A stretch of DNA of 64,000 bases. Source: Blastocladiella emersonii ATCC 22665. Taxonomy: Eukaryota; Fungi; Blastocladiomycota. The notes beneath the pieces are model-generated. The model ran no database searches. It had not been told where the DNA came from and was given only the letters and a program-made list of their open reading frames with translations. Numbering within the stretch: the first letter of the stretch is position 1; each line of letters starts with the position of its first letter. A program made the translations under genes and the position numbers. The stretch lies in contig JANHCV010000010.1 of NCBI GenBank assembly GCA_025594325.1, positions 1,671,364-1,735,363 on the forward strand. Direction: 5' to 3'. Below, piece by piece: positions 21,601 to 36,600 of the stretch.

Positions 21601-24600
21601 TTGAGGACCCATAAATCGTAACGTCAAAGCAACAATGTATCTGACCATGGGAATATAGTAAACGAGCCCCGGAGATAATTGTCATGGTACGCAAACAAAA
21701 CCATACTCAAGTCTATGCCTTCCCACATGTCCAGCTGGTTGGGGATCCATAAATCCCAGTATCGAACCAACAAGATATCTGACCATTGGACTATATGTAA
21801 CCGATCCCGTAGGTAATTGTCATGATACCCAAACAAAACCATATTCAAATCTTTCACATCCCGCATGTCCAGCTAGCCAGGGACCCATAAATCACAGTAT
21901 CCAACCAACAAAGTATCTGACCAAAGAAAGATCATAAACCAGCCACGCAGATAATTGTCATGGTATTCAAACAAAACCATACTCAAATCTTCGAATACCC
22001 GATGTCCAGGTGGGCAAGGGCCTATACATCACAGTGTTGAACCAACAAAGTATCTGACGATCGGGATGTATCAAACCGGCCATGCTGATAATTGTCATGG
22101 TACTCAAACATAATCATAGTCAAGTCTTCGAATATCCTCACGTCCACGTGGGCAAGGACCCAAAGCGCCAGGTATCCAAATCTACCCCGTTGTGCACACT
22201 CTCCATTATCCAAGTCTGTCATCCTACAATTTTGGAACCCGTCGGCAAAGCTCACGGTCCAATCAACGAACAACAGCCAACCTGCCAACCTGGCTACCTA
22301 CCTGCCTACCTGCCTAGCTGGCTATCTGCCTACCTGCAAACCTGCCAACCTGCCCTACCTGCTAACCAAACACACACACCGCCTCGCAAGTCCTTGTGGG
22401 CCCGCGCTCTCTGGTTGCCGTCCCAGCCAACAAAGGAATGAATGATGAGCCCTGGCAGCCTGGCAGCCTGCCACACTGACAGCCTGGCAGCCTGCCACAC
22501 TGACAGCCTGACAGCGCCCACCCAGTAGTTATTAGCTACCTCGTATGTCGTCTGAGAGGGGTTCAGCAGTCAATATACGACTGGTCTCCTCCTGGCTGGC
22601 AGCTCTGCTGTCCACTCCAAGTCCTGCATGATGATGGGCCAAGGAGGGTTACGAGCAGCTCCTCTGTCTATCCGCGTGAAACCACTCACCCGCTGACGGA
22701 TGTACACCACGCACCGTGCAGCGCGCACAGCGCACAGCGCCCAACGCACCACGCGCTGCGCACACGGCGCAAACGGCCACCCTGGTGACACGCACACTCG
22801 CATGAACGGCAGGCATGCAAGGCGTCCTGAACTCAACGATGATATATCGTCTAGGTCTGCTCGCTCCAACGGGTGCGCCTGCCTGCCCTCCCTGTGCCAT
22901 GGATTGATTGATTCATGTCCAGTGCTGCCCCCATGCTTGCTTTCATGGCCGCGGGGTCCGTCAGGACGCCTTGCAATGGGTGCGCCAACCCCTGTTGCCA
23001 GCCATGTGGCAAGAAACACCACAGCACCTGCGTCGCCCTGGCCACCGTACCTTGCAAACAGCGTAGCAGCCGTACTGCTTCAGAGGGCTGCAGAGGGCTG
23101 GCTGCGGAGGGCTGAGGCGGCAGGGCTCCTCCTGCAGGAGACAGTGCTGGGGCCAAGGAGTTAGTGCTAGGGACTACTAACTGAATGGTGAATGACCCAC
23201 ACACCACATGCTCCTGGCAGGAGTGCGTGTGGGCGCGTGGGCCTGTGTCCGTGCGTGCCTGGATTAGTCCTCCATCACAAGTGACCAAGGTGACCAAGGT
23301 GACCAAGGTGACCAAGGTGACCAAGGTGACATGCAAGCACCAAGTTAGAGCGGCGGGGCAGCCATGGAAAGAAGGGCACAGGTACAAACTACCGTACCCT
23401 GGCCGCGGCCACTAGTCGCAGAACAGCCCTGCATGGCTCAGGACGCGGCGGGCGTTGGAGACAGGGTAGGTAGGTAGGTAGCAGCAGCAGCAGCAAGGAG
23501 CAGGACCTGGCTGGCAAACAACACAAGTGAAGGCGTGCGTGATGGAGTGAGAGAGTGTTGAATGAATGGATGGGTGGATGCGATGCAGACCAGCATACGT
23601 GTCGTGCGTCGTCCGGATTGGTCGGCGACCACCCGCCAATCCTGCGGCATGGCTGTGGGGGCGGCAGTGGTGGTAGTGGAGCTAGAGTGGTGTCGTGGGG
23701 CTGGTGGGGTCCCCTCTCCTTCCTGTCTCGCCTAGGTGGGTGGGCGGACGTAGCGCGCATGCGGGCGGGCAAGGTAGGAACGTTGTTCAAGCAATGGATC
23801 ATGTACTTTATGGCATGTGATCTGCAAGACAGGGAGGGGGAGCGACTGTGTCTAATTTTGACCGAGGGACCTTGCTGCAGCCAACGTCTGGCCCAATCCG
23901 ACCCTCCACAAATCGCAACATGCACGAAACAAATTAGCTGACGTTTGGGATGTACCAAACCAGCCACGTAGATAATTTTCATGGTACTCAAACAAGACCA
24001 TACTCAAATCTTTGACTTCCTGCATGTCCAGCTAGCCAGGCTTCTGTAAATCACATTAATGACGCAACAAAATATCTGGCCATAAGAATATTGTAAACCA
24101 GCCACTCTGGCAATTGTCATGGCACTCAAACAAAACCATATTCAAATCTTCGACTTCCCGCATGCCCATGTGGGCAAGGACCTATAAATCACAGTATCGA
24201 ACCAACAAAATATCTGACCATAGAAACATAGTATACCAGCCACGAGGACAATTGTCATGGTACTCAAACAAAACCATATTCAAATCTTTGACTATTCACA
24301 TGTCTAGCTGGTTGGCGACCCATAAATCGTAACATTGGAGCAACAAAATATCTGACCACGGAAATACAGTAAACAAGCCCCGGAGATAATTGTCATGGTT
24401 CTCAAACAAAACCATATTCAGATCTTTGAATACCCCATGTCCAGGTGGTTGGGGGCCCAGAAATCGTAACATCGAACCAACAAAATATTTGACCATAGAA
24501 ATATACTAAACCAGCCACGTACGTAATTGTCGCGTTACTTAAACAAAACCATACTCAAAACTTTGACTTCCCGCATGTTCACCTAGCCAGGTACCCATAA

Positions 24601-27600
24601 ATCACAGTATCGAGCCAACAAAAGATCTGACAATGGAAATATAGTAAACCGGCCGCGGAGAGAATTCTCATGGTACTCAAATGAAACCATACTCAAATCT
24701 ATGACTTCCCACATGTCCAGCTGGTTGAGGACCCATAAATCGTAACGTCAAAGCAACAATGTATCTGACCATGGGAATATAGTAAACGAGCCCCGGAGAT
24801 AATTGTCATGGTACGCAAACAAAACCATACTCAAGTCTATGCCTTCCCACATGTCCAGCTGGTTGGGGATCCATAAATCCCAGTATCGAACCAACAAGAT
24901 ATCTGACCATTGGACTATATGTAACCGATCCCGTAGGTAATTGTCATGATACCCAAACAAAACCATATTCAAATCTTTCACATCCCGCATGTCCAGCTAG
25001 CCAGGGACCCATAAATCACAGTATCCAACCAACAAAGTATCTGACCAAAGAAAGATCATAAACCAGCCACGCAGATAATTGTCATGGTATTCAAACAAAA
25101 CCATACTCAAATCTTCGAATACCCGATGTCCAGGTGGGCAAGGGCCTATACATCACAGTGTTGAACCAACAAAGTATCTGACGATCGGGATGTATCAAAC
25201 CGGCCATGCTGATAATTGTCATGGTACTCAAACATAATCATAGTCAAGTCTTCGAATATCCTCACGTCCACGTGGGCAAGGACCCAAAGCGCCAGGTATC
25301 CAAATCTACCCCGTTGTGCACACTCTCCATTATCCAAGTCTGTCATCCTACAATTTTGGAACCCGTCGGCAAAGCTCACGGTCCAATCAACGAACAACAG
25401 CCAACCTGCCAACCTGGCTACCTACCTGCCTACCTGCCTAGCTGGCTATCTGCCTACCTGCAAACCTGCCAACCTGCCCTACCTGCTAACCAAACACACA
25501 CACCGCCTCGCAAGTCCTTGTGGGCCCGCGCTCTCTGGTTGCCGTCCCAGCCAACAAAGGAATGAATGATGAGCCCTGGCAGCCTGGCAGCCTGCCACAC
25601 TGACAGCCTGGCAGCCTGCCACACTGACAGCCTGACAGCGCCCACCCAGTAGTTATTAGCTACCTCGTATGTCGTCTGAGAGGGGTTCAGCAGTCAATAT
25701 ACGACTGGTCTCCTCCTGGCTGGCAGCTCTGCTGTCCACTCCAAGTCCTGCATGATGATGGGCCAAGGAGGGTTACGAGCAGCTCCTCTGTCTATCCGCG
25801 TGAAACCACTCACCCGCTGACGGATGTACACCACGCACCGTGCAGCGCGCACAGCGCACAGCGCCCAACGCACCACGCGCTGCGCACACGGCGCAAACGG
25901 CCACCCTGGTGACACGCACACTCGCATGAACGGCAGGCATGCAAGGCGTCCTGAACTCAACGATGATATATCGTCTAGGTCTGCTCGCTCCAACGGGTGC
26001 GCCTGCCTGCCCTCCCTGTGCCATGGATTGATTGATTCATGTCCAGTGCTGCCCCCATGCTTGCTTTCATGGCCGCGGGGTCCGTCAGGACGCCTTGCAA
26101 TGGGTGCGCCAACCCCTGTTGCCAGCCATGTGGCAAGAAACACCACAGCACCTGCGTCGCCCTGGCCACCGTACCTTGCAAACAGCGTAGCAGCCGTACT
26201 GCTTCAGAGGGCTGCAGAGGGCTGGCTGCGGAGGGCTGAGGCGGCAGGGCTCCTCCTGCAGGAGACAGTGCTGGGGCCAAGGAGTTAGTGCTAGGGACTA
26301 CTAACTGAATGGTGAATGACCCACACACCACATGCTCCTGGCAGGAGTGCGTGTGGGCGCGTGGGCCTGTGTCCGTGCGTGCCTGGATTAGTCCTCCATC
26401 ACAAGTGACCAAGGTGACCAAGGTGACCAAGGTGACCAAGGTGACCAAGGTGACATGCAAGCACCAAGTTAGAGCGGCGGGGCAGCCATGGAAAGAAGGG
26501 CACAGGTACAAACTACCGTACCCTGGCCGCGGCCACTAGTCGCAGAACAGCCCTGCATGGCTCAGGACGCGGCGGGCGTTGGAGACAGGGTAGGTAGGTA
26601 GGTAGCAGCAGCAGCAGCAAGGAGCAGGACCTGGCTGGCAAACAACACAAGTGAAGGCGTGCGTGATGGAGTGAGAGAGTGTTGAATGAATGGATGGGTG
26701 GATGCGATGCAGACCAGCATACGTGTCGTGCGTCGTCCGGATTGGTCGGCGACCACCCGCCAATCCTGCGGCATGGCTGTGGGGGCGGCAGTGGTGGTAG
26801 TGGAGCTAGAGTGGTGTCGTGGGGCTGGTGGGGTCCCCTCTCCTTCCTGTCTCGCCTAGGTGGGTGGGCGGACGTAGCGCGCATGCGGGCGGGCAAGGTA
26901 GGAACGTTGTTCAAGCAATGGATCATGTACTTTATGGCATGTGATCTGCAAGACAGGGAGGGGGAGCGACTGTGTCTAATTTTGACCGAGGGACCTTGCT
27001 GCAGCCAACGTCTGGCCCAATCCGACCCTCCACAAATCGCAACATGCACGAAACAAATTAGCTGACGTTTGGGATGTACCAAACCAGCCACGTAGATAAT
27101 TTTCATGGTACTCAAACAAGACCATACTCAAATCTTTGACTTCCTGCATGTCCAGCTAGCCAGGCTTCTGTAAATCACATTAATGACGCAACAAAATATC
27201 TGGCCATAAGAATATTGTAAACCAGCCACTCTGGCAATTGTCATGGCACTCAAACAAAACCATATTCAAATCTTCGACTTCCCGCATGCCCATGTGGGCA
27301 AGGACCTATAAATCACAGTATCGAACCAACAAAATATCTGACCATAGAAACATAGTATACCAGCCACGAGGACAATTGTCATGGTACTCAAACAAAACCA
27401 TATTCAAATCTTTGACTATTCACATGTCTAGCTGGTTGGCGACCCATAAATCGTAACATTGGAGCAACAAAATATCTGACCACGGAAATACAGTAAACAA
27501 GCCCCGGAGATAATTGTCATGGTTCTCAAACAAAACCATATTCAGATCTTTGAATACCCCATGTCCAGGTGGTTGGGGGCCCAGAAATCGTAACATCGAA

Positions 27601-30600
27601 CCAACAAAATATTTGACCATAGAAATATACTAAACCAGCCACGTACGTAATTGTCGCGTTACTTAAACAAAACCATACTCAAAACTTTGACTTCCCGCAT
27701 GTTCACCTAGCCAGGTACCCATAAATCACAGTATCGAGCCAACAAAAGATCTGACAATGGAAATATAGTAAACCGGCCGCGGAGAGAATTCTCATGGTAC
27801 TCAAATGAAACCATACTCAAATCTATGACTTCCCACATGTCCAGCTGGTTGAGGACCCATAAATCGTAACGTCAAAGCAACAATGTATCTGACCATGGGA
27901 ATATAGTAAACGAGCCCCGGAGATAATTGTCATGGTACGCAAACAAAACCATACTCAAGTCTATGCCTTCCCACATGTCCAGCTGGTTGGGGATCCATAA
28001 ATCCCAGTATCGAACCAACAAGATATCTGACCATTGGACTATATGTAACCGATCCCGTAGGTAATTGTCATGATACCCAAACAAAACCATATTCAAATCT
28101 TTCACATCCCGCATGTCCAGCTAGCCAGGGACCCATAAATCACAGTATCCAACCAACAAAGTATCTGACCAAAGAAAGATCATAAACCAGCCACGCAGAT
28201 AATTGTCATGGTATTCAAACAAAACCATACTCAAATCTTCGAATACCCGATGTCCAGGTGGGCAAGGGCCTATACATCACAGTGTTGAACCAACAAAGTA
28301 TCTGACGATCGGGATGTATCAAACCGGCCATGCTGATAATTGTCATGGTACTCAAACATAATCATAGTCAAGTCTTCGAATATCCTCACGTCCACGTGGG
28401 CAAGGACCCAAAGCGCCAGGTATCCAAATCTACCCCGTTGTGCACACTCTCCATTATCCAAGTCTGTCATCCTACAATTTTGGAACCCGTCGGCAAAGCT
28501 CACGGTCCAATCAACGAACAACAGCCAACCTGCCAACCTGGCTACCTACCTGCCTACCTGCCTAGCTGGCTATCTGCCTACCTGCAAACCTGCCAACCTG
28601 CCCTACCTGCTAACCAAACACACACACCGCCTCGCAAGTCCTTGTGGGCCCGCGCTCTCTGGTTGCCGTCCCAGCCAACAAAGGAATGAATGATGAGCCC
28701 TGGCAGCCTGGCAGCCTGCCACACTGACAGCCTGGCAGCCTGCCACACTGACAGCCTGACAGCGCCCACCCAGTAGTTATTAGCTACCTCGTATGTCGTC
28801 TGAGAGGGGTTCAGCAGTCAATATACGACTGGTCTCCTCCTGGCTGGCAGCTCTGCTGTCCACTCCAAGTCCTGCATGATGATGGGCCAAGGAGGGTTAC
28901 GAGCAGCTCCTCTGTCTATCCGCGTGAAACCACTCACCCGCTGACGGATGTACACCACGCACCGTGCAGCGCGCACAGCGCACAGCGCCCAACGCACCAC
29001 GCGCTGCGCACACGGCGCAAACGGCCACCCTGGTGACACGCACACTCGCATGAACGGCAGGCATGCAAGGCGTCCTGAACTCAACGATGATATATCGTCT
29101 AGGTCTGCTCGCTCCAACGGGTGCGCCTGCCTGCCCTCCCTGTGCCATGGATTGATTGATTCATGTCCAGTGCTGCCCCCATGCTTGCTTTCATGGCCGC
29201 GGGGTCCGTCAGGACGCCTTGCAATGGGTGCGCCAACCCCTGTTGCCAGCCATGTGGCAAGAAACACCACAGCACCTGCGTCGCCCTGGCCACCGTACCT
29301 TGCAAACAGCGTAGCAGCCGTACTGCTTCAGAGGGCTGCAGAGGGCTGGCTGCGGAGGGCTGAGGCGGCAGGGCTCCTCCTGCAGGAGACAGTGCTGGGG
29401 CCAAGGAGTTAGTGCTAGGGACTACTAACTGAATGGTGAATGACCCACACACCACATGCTCCTGGCAGGAGTGCGTGTGGGCGCGTGGGCCTGTGTCCGT
29501 GCGTGCCTGGATTAGTCCTCCATCACAAGTGACCAAGGTGACCAAGGTGACCAAGGTGACCAAGGTGACCAAGGTGACATGCAAGCACCAAGTTAGAGCG
29601 GCGGGGCAGCCATGGAAAGAAGGGCACAGGTACAAACTACCGTACCCTGGCCGCGGCCACTAGTCGCAGAACAGCCCTGCATGGCTCAGGACGCGGCGGG
29701 CGTTGGAGACAGGGTAGGTAGGTAGGTAGCAGCAGCAGCAGCAAGGAGCAGGACCTGGCTGGCAAACAACACAAGTGAAGGCGTGCGTGATGGAGTGAGA
29801 GAGTGTTGAATGAATGGATGGGTGGATGCGATGCAGACCAGCATACGTGTCGTGCGTCGTCCGGATTGGTCGGCGACCACCCGCCAATCCTGCGGCATGG
29901 CTGTGGGGGCGGCAGTGGTGGTAGTGGAGCTAGAGTGGTGTCGTGGGGCTGGTGGGGTCCCCTCTCCTTCCTGTCTCGCCTAGGTGGGTGGGCGGACGTA
30001 GCGCGCATGCGGGCGGGCAAGGTAGGAACGTTGTTCAAGCAATGGATCATGTACTTTATGGCATGTGATCTGCAAGACAGGGAGGGGGAGCGACTGTGTC
30101 TAATTTTGACCGAGGGACCTTGCTGCAGCCAACGTCTGGCCCAATCCGACCCTCCACAAATCGCAACATGCACGAAACAAATTAGCTGACGTTTGGGATG
30201 TACCAAACCAGCCACGTAGATAACTTTCATGGTACTCAAACAAGACCATACTCAAATCTTTGACTTCCTGCATGTCCAGCTAGCCAGGCTTCTGTAAATC
30301 ACATTGATGACGCAACAAAATATCTGGCCATAAGAATATTGTAAACCAGCCACTCTGGCAATTGTCATGGCACTCAAACAAAACCATATTCAAATCTTCG
30401 ACTTCCCGCATGCCCATGTGGGCAAGGACCTATAAATCACAGTATCGAACCAACAAAATATCTGACCATAGAAACATAGTATACCAGCCACGAGGACAAT
30501 TGTCATGGTACTCAAACAAAACCATATTCAAATCTTTGACTATTCACATGTCTAGCTGGTTGGCGACCCATAAATCGTAACATTGGAGCAACAAAATATC

Positions 30601-33600
30601 TGACCACGGAAATACAGTAAACAAGCCCCGGAGATAATTGTCATGGTTCTCAAACAAAACCATATTCAGATCTTTGAATACCCCATGTCCAGGTGGTTGG
30701 GGGCCCAGAAATCGTAACATCGAACCAACAAAATATTTGACCATAGAAATATACTAAACCAGCCACGTACGTAATTGTCGCGTTACTTAAACAAAACCAT
30801 ACTCAAAACTTTGACTTCCCGCATGTTCACCTAGCCAGGTACCCATAAATCACAGTATCGAGCCAACAAAAGATCTGACAATGGAAATATAGTAAACCGG
30901 CCGCGGAGAGAATTCTCATGGTACTCAAATGAAACCATACTCAAATCTATGACTTCCCACATGTCCAGCTGGTTGAGGACCCATAAATCGTAACGTCAAA
31001 GCAACAATGTATCTGACCATGGGAATATAGTAAACGAGCCCCGGAGATAATTGTCATGGTACGCAAACAAAACCATACTCAAGTCTATGCCTTCCCACAT
31101 GTCCAGCTGGTTGGGGATCCATAAATCCCAGTATCGAACCAACAAGATATCTGACCATTGGACTATATGTAACCGATCCCGTAGGTAATTGTCATGATAC
31201 CCAAACAAAACCATATTCAAATCTTTCACATCCCGCATGTCCAGCTAGCCAGGGACCCATAAATCACAGTATCCAACCAACAAAGTATCTGACCAAAGAA
31301 AGATCATAAACCAGCCACGCAGATAATTGTCATGGTATTCAAACAAAACCATACTCAAATCTTCGAATACCCGATGTCCAGGTGGGCAAGGGCCTATACA
31401 TCACAGTGTTGAACCAACAAAGTATCTGACGATCGGGATGTATCAAACCGGCCATGCTGATAATTGTCATGGTACTCAAACATAATCATAGTCAAGTCTT
31501 CGAATATCCTCACGTCCACGTGGGCAAGGACCCAAAGCGCCAGGTATCCAAATCTACCCCGTTGTGCACACTCTCCATTATCCAAGTCTGTCATCCTACA
31601 ATTTTGGAACCCGTCGGCAAAGCTCACGGTCCAATCAACGAACAACAGCCAACCTGCCAACCTGGCTACCTACCTGCCTACCTGCCTAGCTGGCTATCTG
31701 CCTACCTGCAAACCTGCCAACCTGCCCTACCTGCTAACCAAACACACACACCGCCTCGCAAGTCCTTGTGGGCCCGCGCTCTCTGGTTGCCGTCCCAGCC
31801 AACAAAGGAATGAATGATGAGCCCTGGCAGCCTGGCAGCCTGCCACACTGACAGCCTGGCAGCCTGCCACACTGACAGCCTGACAGCGCCCACCCAGTAG
31901 TTATTAGCTACCTCGTATGTCGTCTGAGAGGGGTTCAGCAGTCAATATACGACTGGTCTCCTCCTGGCTGGCAGCTCTGCTGTCCACTCCAAGTCCTGCA
32001 TGATGATGGGCCAAGGAGGGTTACGAGCAGCTCCTCTGTCTATCCGCGTGAAACCACTCACCCGCTGACGGATGTACACCACGCACCGTGCAGCGCGCAC
32101 AGCGCACAGCGCCCAACGCACCACGCGCTGCGCACACGGCGCAAACGGCCACCCTGGTGACACGCACACTCGCATGAACGGCAGGCATGCAAGGCGTCCT
32201 GAACTCAACGATGATATATCGTCTAGGTCTGCTCGCTCCAACGGGTGCGCCTGCCTGCCCTCCCTGTGCCATGGATTGATTGATTCATGTCCAGTGCTGC
32301 CCCCATGCTTGCTTTCATGGCCGCGGGGTCCGTCAGGACGCCTTGCAATGGGTGCGCCAACCCCTGTTGCCAGCCATGTGGCAAGAAACACCACAGCACC
32401 TGCGTCGCCCTGGCCACCGTACCTTGCAAACAGCGTAGCAGCCGTACTGCTTCAGAGGGCTGCAGAGGGCTGGCTGCGGAGGGCTGAGGCGGCAGGGCTC
32501 CTCCTGCAGGAGACAGTGCTGGGGCCAAGGAGTTAGTGCTAGGGACTACTAACTGAATGGTGAATGACCCACACACCACATGCTCCTGGCAGGAGTGCGT
32601 GTGGGCGCGTGGGCCTGTGTCCGTGCGTGCCTGGATTAGTCCTCCATCACAAGTGACCAAGGTGACCAAGGTGACCAAGGTGACCAAGGTGACCAAGGTG
32701 ACATGCAAGCACCAAGTTAGAGCGGCGGGGCAGCCATGGAAAGAAGGGCACAGGTACAAACTACCGTACCCTGGCCGCGGCCACTAGTCGCAGAACAGCC
32801 CTGCATGGCTCAGGACGCGGCGGGCGTTGGAGACAGGGTAGGTAGGTAGGTAGCAGCAGCAGCAGCAAGGAGCAGGACCTGGCTGGCAAACAACACAAGT
32901 GAAGGCGTGCGTGATGGAGTGAGAGAGTGTTGAATGAATGGATGGGTGGATGCGATGCAGACCAGCATACGTGTCGTGCGTCGTCCGGATTGGTCGGCGA
33001 CCACCCGCCAATCCTGCGGCATGGCTGTGGGGGCGGCAGTGGTGGTAGTGGAGCTAGAGTGGTGTCGTGGGGCTGGTGGGGTCCCCTCTCCTTCCTGTCT
33101 CGCCTAGGTGGGTGGGCGGACGTAGCGCGCATGCGGGCGGGCAAGGTAGGAACGTTGTTCAAGCAATGGATCATGTACTTTATGGCATGTGATCTGCAAG
33201 ACAGGGAGGGGGAGCGACTGTGTCTAATTTTGACCGAGGGACCTTGCTGCAGCCAACGTCTGGCCCAATCCGACCCTCCACAAATCGCAACATGCACGAA
33301 ACAAATTAGCTGACGTTTGGGATGTACCAAACCAGCCACGTAGATAATTTTCATGGTACTCAAACAAGACCATACTCAAATCTTTGACTTCCTGCATGTC
33401 CAGCTAGCCAGGCTTCTGTAAATCACATTAATGACGCAACAAAATATCTGGCCATAAGAATATTGTAAACCAGCCACTCTGGCAATTGTCATGGCACTCA
33501 AACAAAACCATATTCAAATCTTCGACTTCCCGCATGCCCATGTGGGCAAGGACCTATAAATCACAGTATCGAACCAACAAAATATCTGACCATAGAAACA

Positions 33601-36600
33601 TAGTATACCAGCCACGAGGACAATTGTCATGGTACTCAAACAAAACCATATTCAAATCTTTGACTATTCACATGTCTAGCTGGTTGGCGACCCATAAATC
33701 GTAACATTGGAGCAACAAAATATCTGACCACGGAAATACAGTAAACAAGCCCCGGAGATAATTGTCATGGTTCTCAAACAAAACCATATTCAGATCTTTG
33801 AATACCCCATGTCCAGGTGGTTGGGGGCCCAGAAATCGTAACATCGAACCAACAAAATATTTGACCATAGAAATATACTAAACCAGCCACGTACGTAATT
33901 GTCGCGTTACTTAAACAAAACCATACTCAAAACTTTGACTTCCCGCATGTTCACCTAGCCAGGTACCCATAAATCACAGTATCGAGCCAACAAAAGATCT
34001 GACAATGGAAATATAGTAAACCGGCCGCGGAGAGAATTCTCATGGTACTCAAATGAAACCATACTCAAATCTATGACTTCCCACATGTCCAGCTGGTTGA
34101 GGACCCATAAATCGTAACGTCAAAGCAACAATGTATCTGACCATGGGAATATAGTAAACGAGCCCCGGAGATAATTGTCATGGTACGCAAACAAAACCAT
34201 ACTCAAGTCTATGCCTTCCCACATGTCCAGCTGGTTGGGGATCCATAAATCCCAGTATCGAACCAACAAGATATCTGACCATTGGACTATATGTAACCGA
34301 TCCCGTAGGTAATTGTCATGATACCCAAACAAAACCATATTCAAATCTTTCACATCCCGCATGTCCAGCTAGCCAGGGACCCATAAATCACAGTATCCAA
34401 CCAACAAAGTATCTGACCAAAGAAAGATCATAAACCAGCCACGCAGATAATTGTCATGGTATTCAAACAAAACCATACTCAAATCTTCGAATACCCGATG
34501 TCCAGGTGGGCAAGGGCCTATACATCACAGTGTTGAACCAACAAAGTATCTGACGATCGGGATGTATCAAACCGGCCATGCTGATAATTGTCATGGTACT
34601 CAAACATAATCATAGTCAAGTCTTCGAATATCCTCACGTCCACGTGGGCAAGGACCCAAAGCGCCAGGTATCCAAATCTACCCCGTTGTGCACACTCTCC
34701 ATTATCCAAGTCTGTCATCCTACAATTTTGGAACCCGTCGGCAAAGCTCACGGTCCAATCAACGAACAACAGCCAACCTGCCAACCTGGCTACCTACCTG
34801 CCTACCTGCCTAGCTGGCTATCTGCCTACCTGCAAACCTGCCAACCTGCCCTACCTGCTAACCAAACACACACACCGCCTCGCAAGTCCTTGTGGGCCCG
34901 CGCTCTCTGGTTGCCGTCCCAGCCAACAAAGGAATGAATGATGAGCCCTGGCAGCCTGGCAGCCTGCCACACTGACAGCCTGGCAGCCTGCCACACTGAC
35001 AGCCTGACAGCGCCCACCCAGTAGTTATTAGCTACCTCGTATGTCGTCTGAGAGGGGTTCAGCAGTCAATATACGACTGGTCTCCTCCTGGCTGGCAGCT
35101 CTGCTGTCCACTCCAAGTCCTGCATGATGATGGGCCAAGGAGGGTTACGAGCAGCTCCTCTGTCTATCCGCGTGAAACCACTCACCCGCTGACGGATGTA
35201 CACCACGCACCGTGCAGCGCGCACAGCGCACAGCGCCCAACGCACCACGCGCTGCGCACACGGCGCAAACGGCCACCCTGGTGACACGCACACTCGCATG
35301 AACGGCAGGCATGCAAGGCGTCCTGAACTCAACGATGATATATCGTCTAGGTCTGCTCGCTCCAACGGGTGCGCCTGCCTGCCCTCCCTGTGCCATGGAT
35401 TGATTGATTCATGTCCAGTGCTGCCCCCATGCTTGCTTTCATGGCCGCGGGGTCCGTCAGGACGCCTTGCAATGGGTGCGCCAACCCCTGTTGCCAGCCA
35501 TGTGGCAAGAAACACCACAGCACCTGCGTCGCCCTGGCCACCGTACCTTGCAAACAGCGTAGCAGCCGTACTGCTTCAGAGGGCTGCAGAGGGCTGGCTG
35601 CGGAGGGCTGAGGCGGCAGGGCTCCTCCTGCAGGAGACAGTACTGGGGCCAAGGAGTTAGTGCTAGGGACTACTAACTGAATGGTGAATGACCCACACAC
35701 CACATGCTCCTGGCAGGAGTGCGTGTGGGCGCGTGGGCCTGTGTCCGTGCGTGCCTGGATTAGTCCTCCATCACAAGTGACCAAGGTGACCAAGGTGACC
35801 AAGGTGACCAAGGTGACCAAGGTGACATGCAAGCACCAAGTTAGAGCGGCGGGGCAGCCATGGAAAGAAGGGCACAGGTACAAACTACCGTACCCTGGCC
35901 GCGGCCACTAGTCGCAGAACAGCCCTGCATGGCTCAGGACGCGGCGGGCGTTGGAGACAGGGTAGGTAGGTAGGTAGCAGCAGCAGCAGCAAGGAGCAGG
36001 ACCTGGCTGGCAAACAACACAAGTGAAGGCGTGCGTGATGGAGTGAGAGAGTGTTGAATGAATGGATGTGGATGCGATGCAGACCAGCATACGTGTCGTG
36101 CGTCGTCCGGATTGGTCGGCGACCACCCGCCAATCCTGCGGCATGGCTGTGGGGGCGGCAGTGGTGGTAGTGGAGCTAGAGTGGTGTCGTGGGGCTGGTG
36201 GGGTCCCCTCTCCTTCCTGTCTCGCCTAGGTGGGTGGGCGGACGTAGCGCGCATGCGGGCGGGCAAGGTAGGAACGTTGTTCAAGCAATGGATCATGTAC
36301 TTTATGGCATGTGATCTGCAAGACAGGGAGGGGGAGCGACTGTGTCTAATTTTGACCGAGGGACCTTGCTGCAGCCAACGTCTGGCCCAATCCGACCCTC
36401 CACAAATCGCAACATGCACGAAACAAATTAGCTGACGTTTGGGATGTACCAAACCAGCCACGTAGATAATTTTCATGGTACTCAAACAAGACCATACTCA
36501 AATCTTTGACTTCCTGCATGTCCAGCTAGCCAGGCTTCTGTAAATCACATTAATGACGCAACAAAATATCTGGCCATAAGAATATTGTAAACCAGCCACT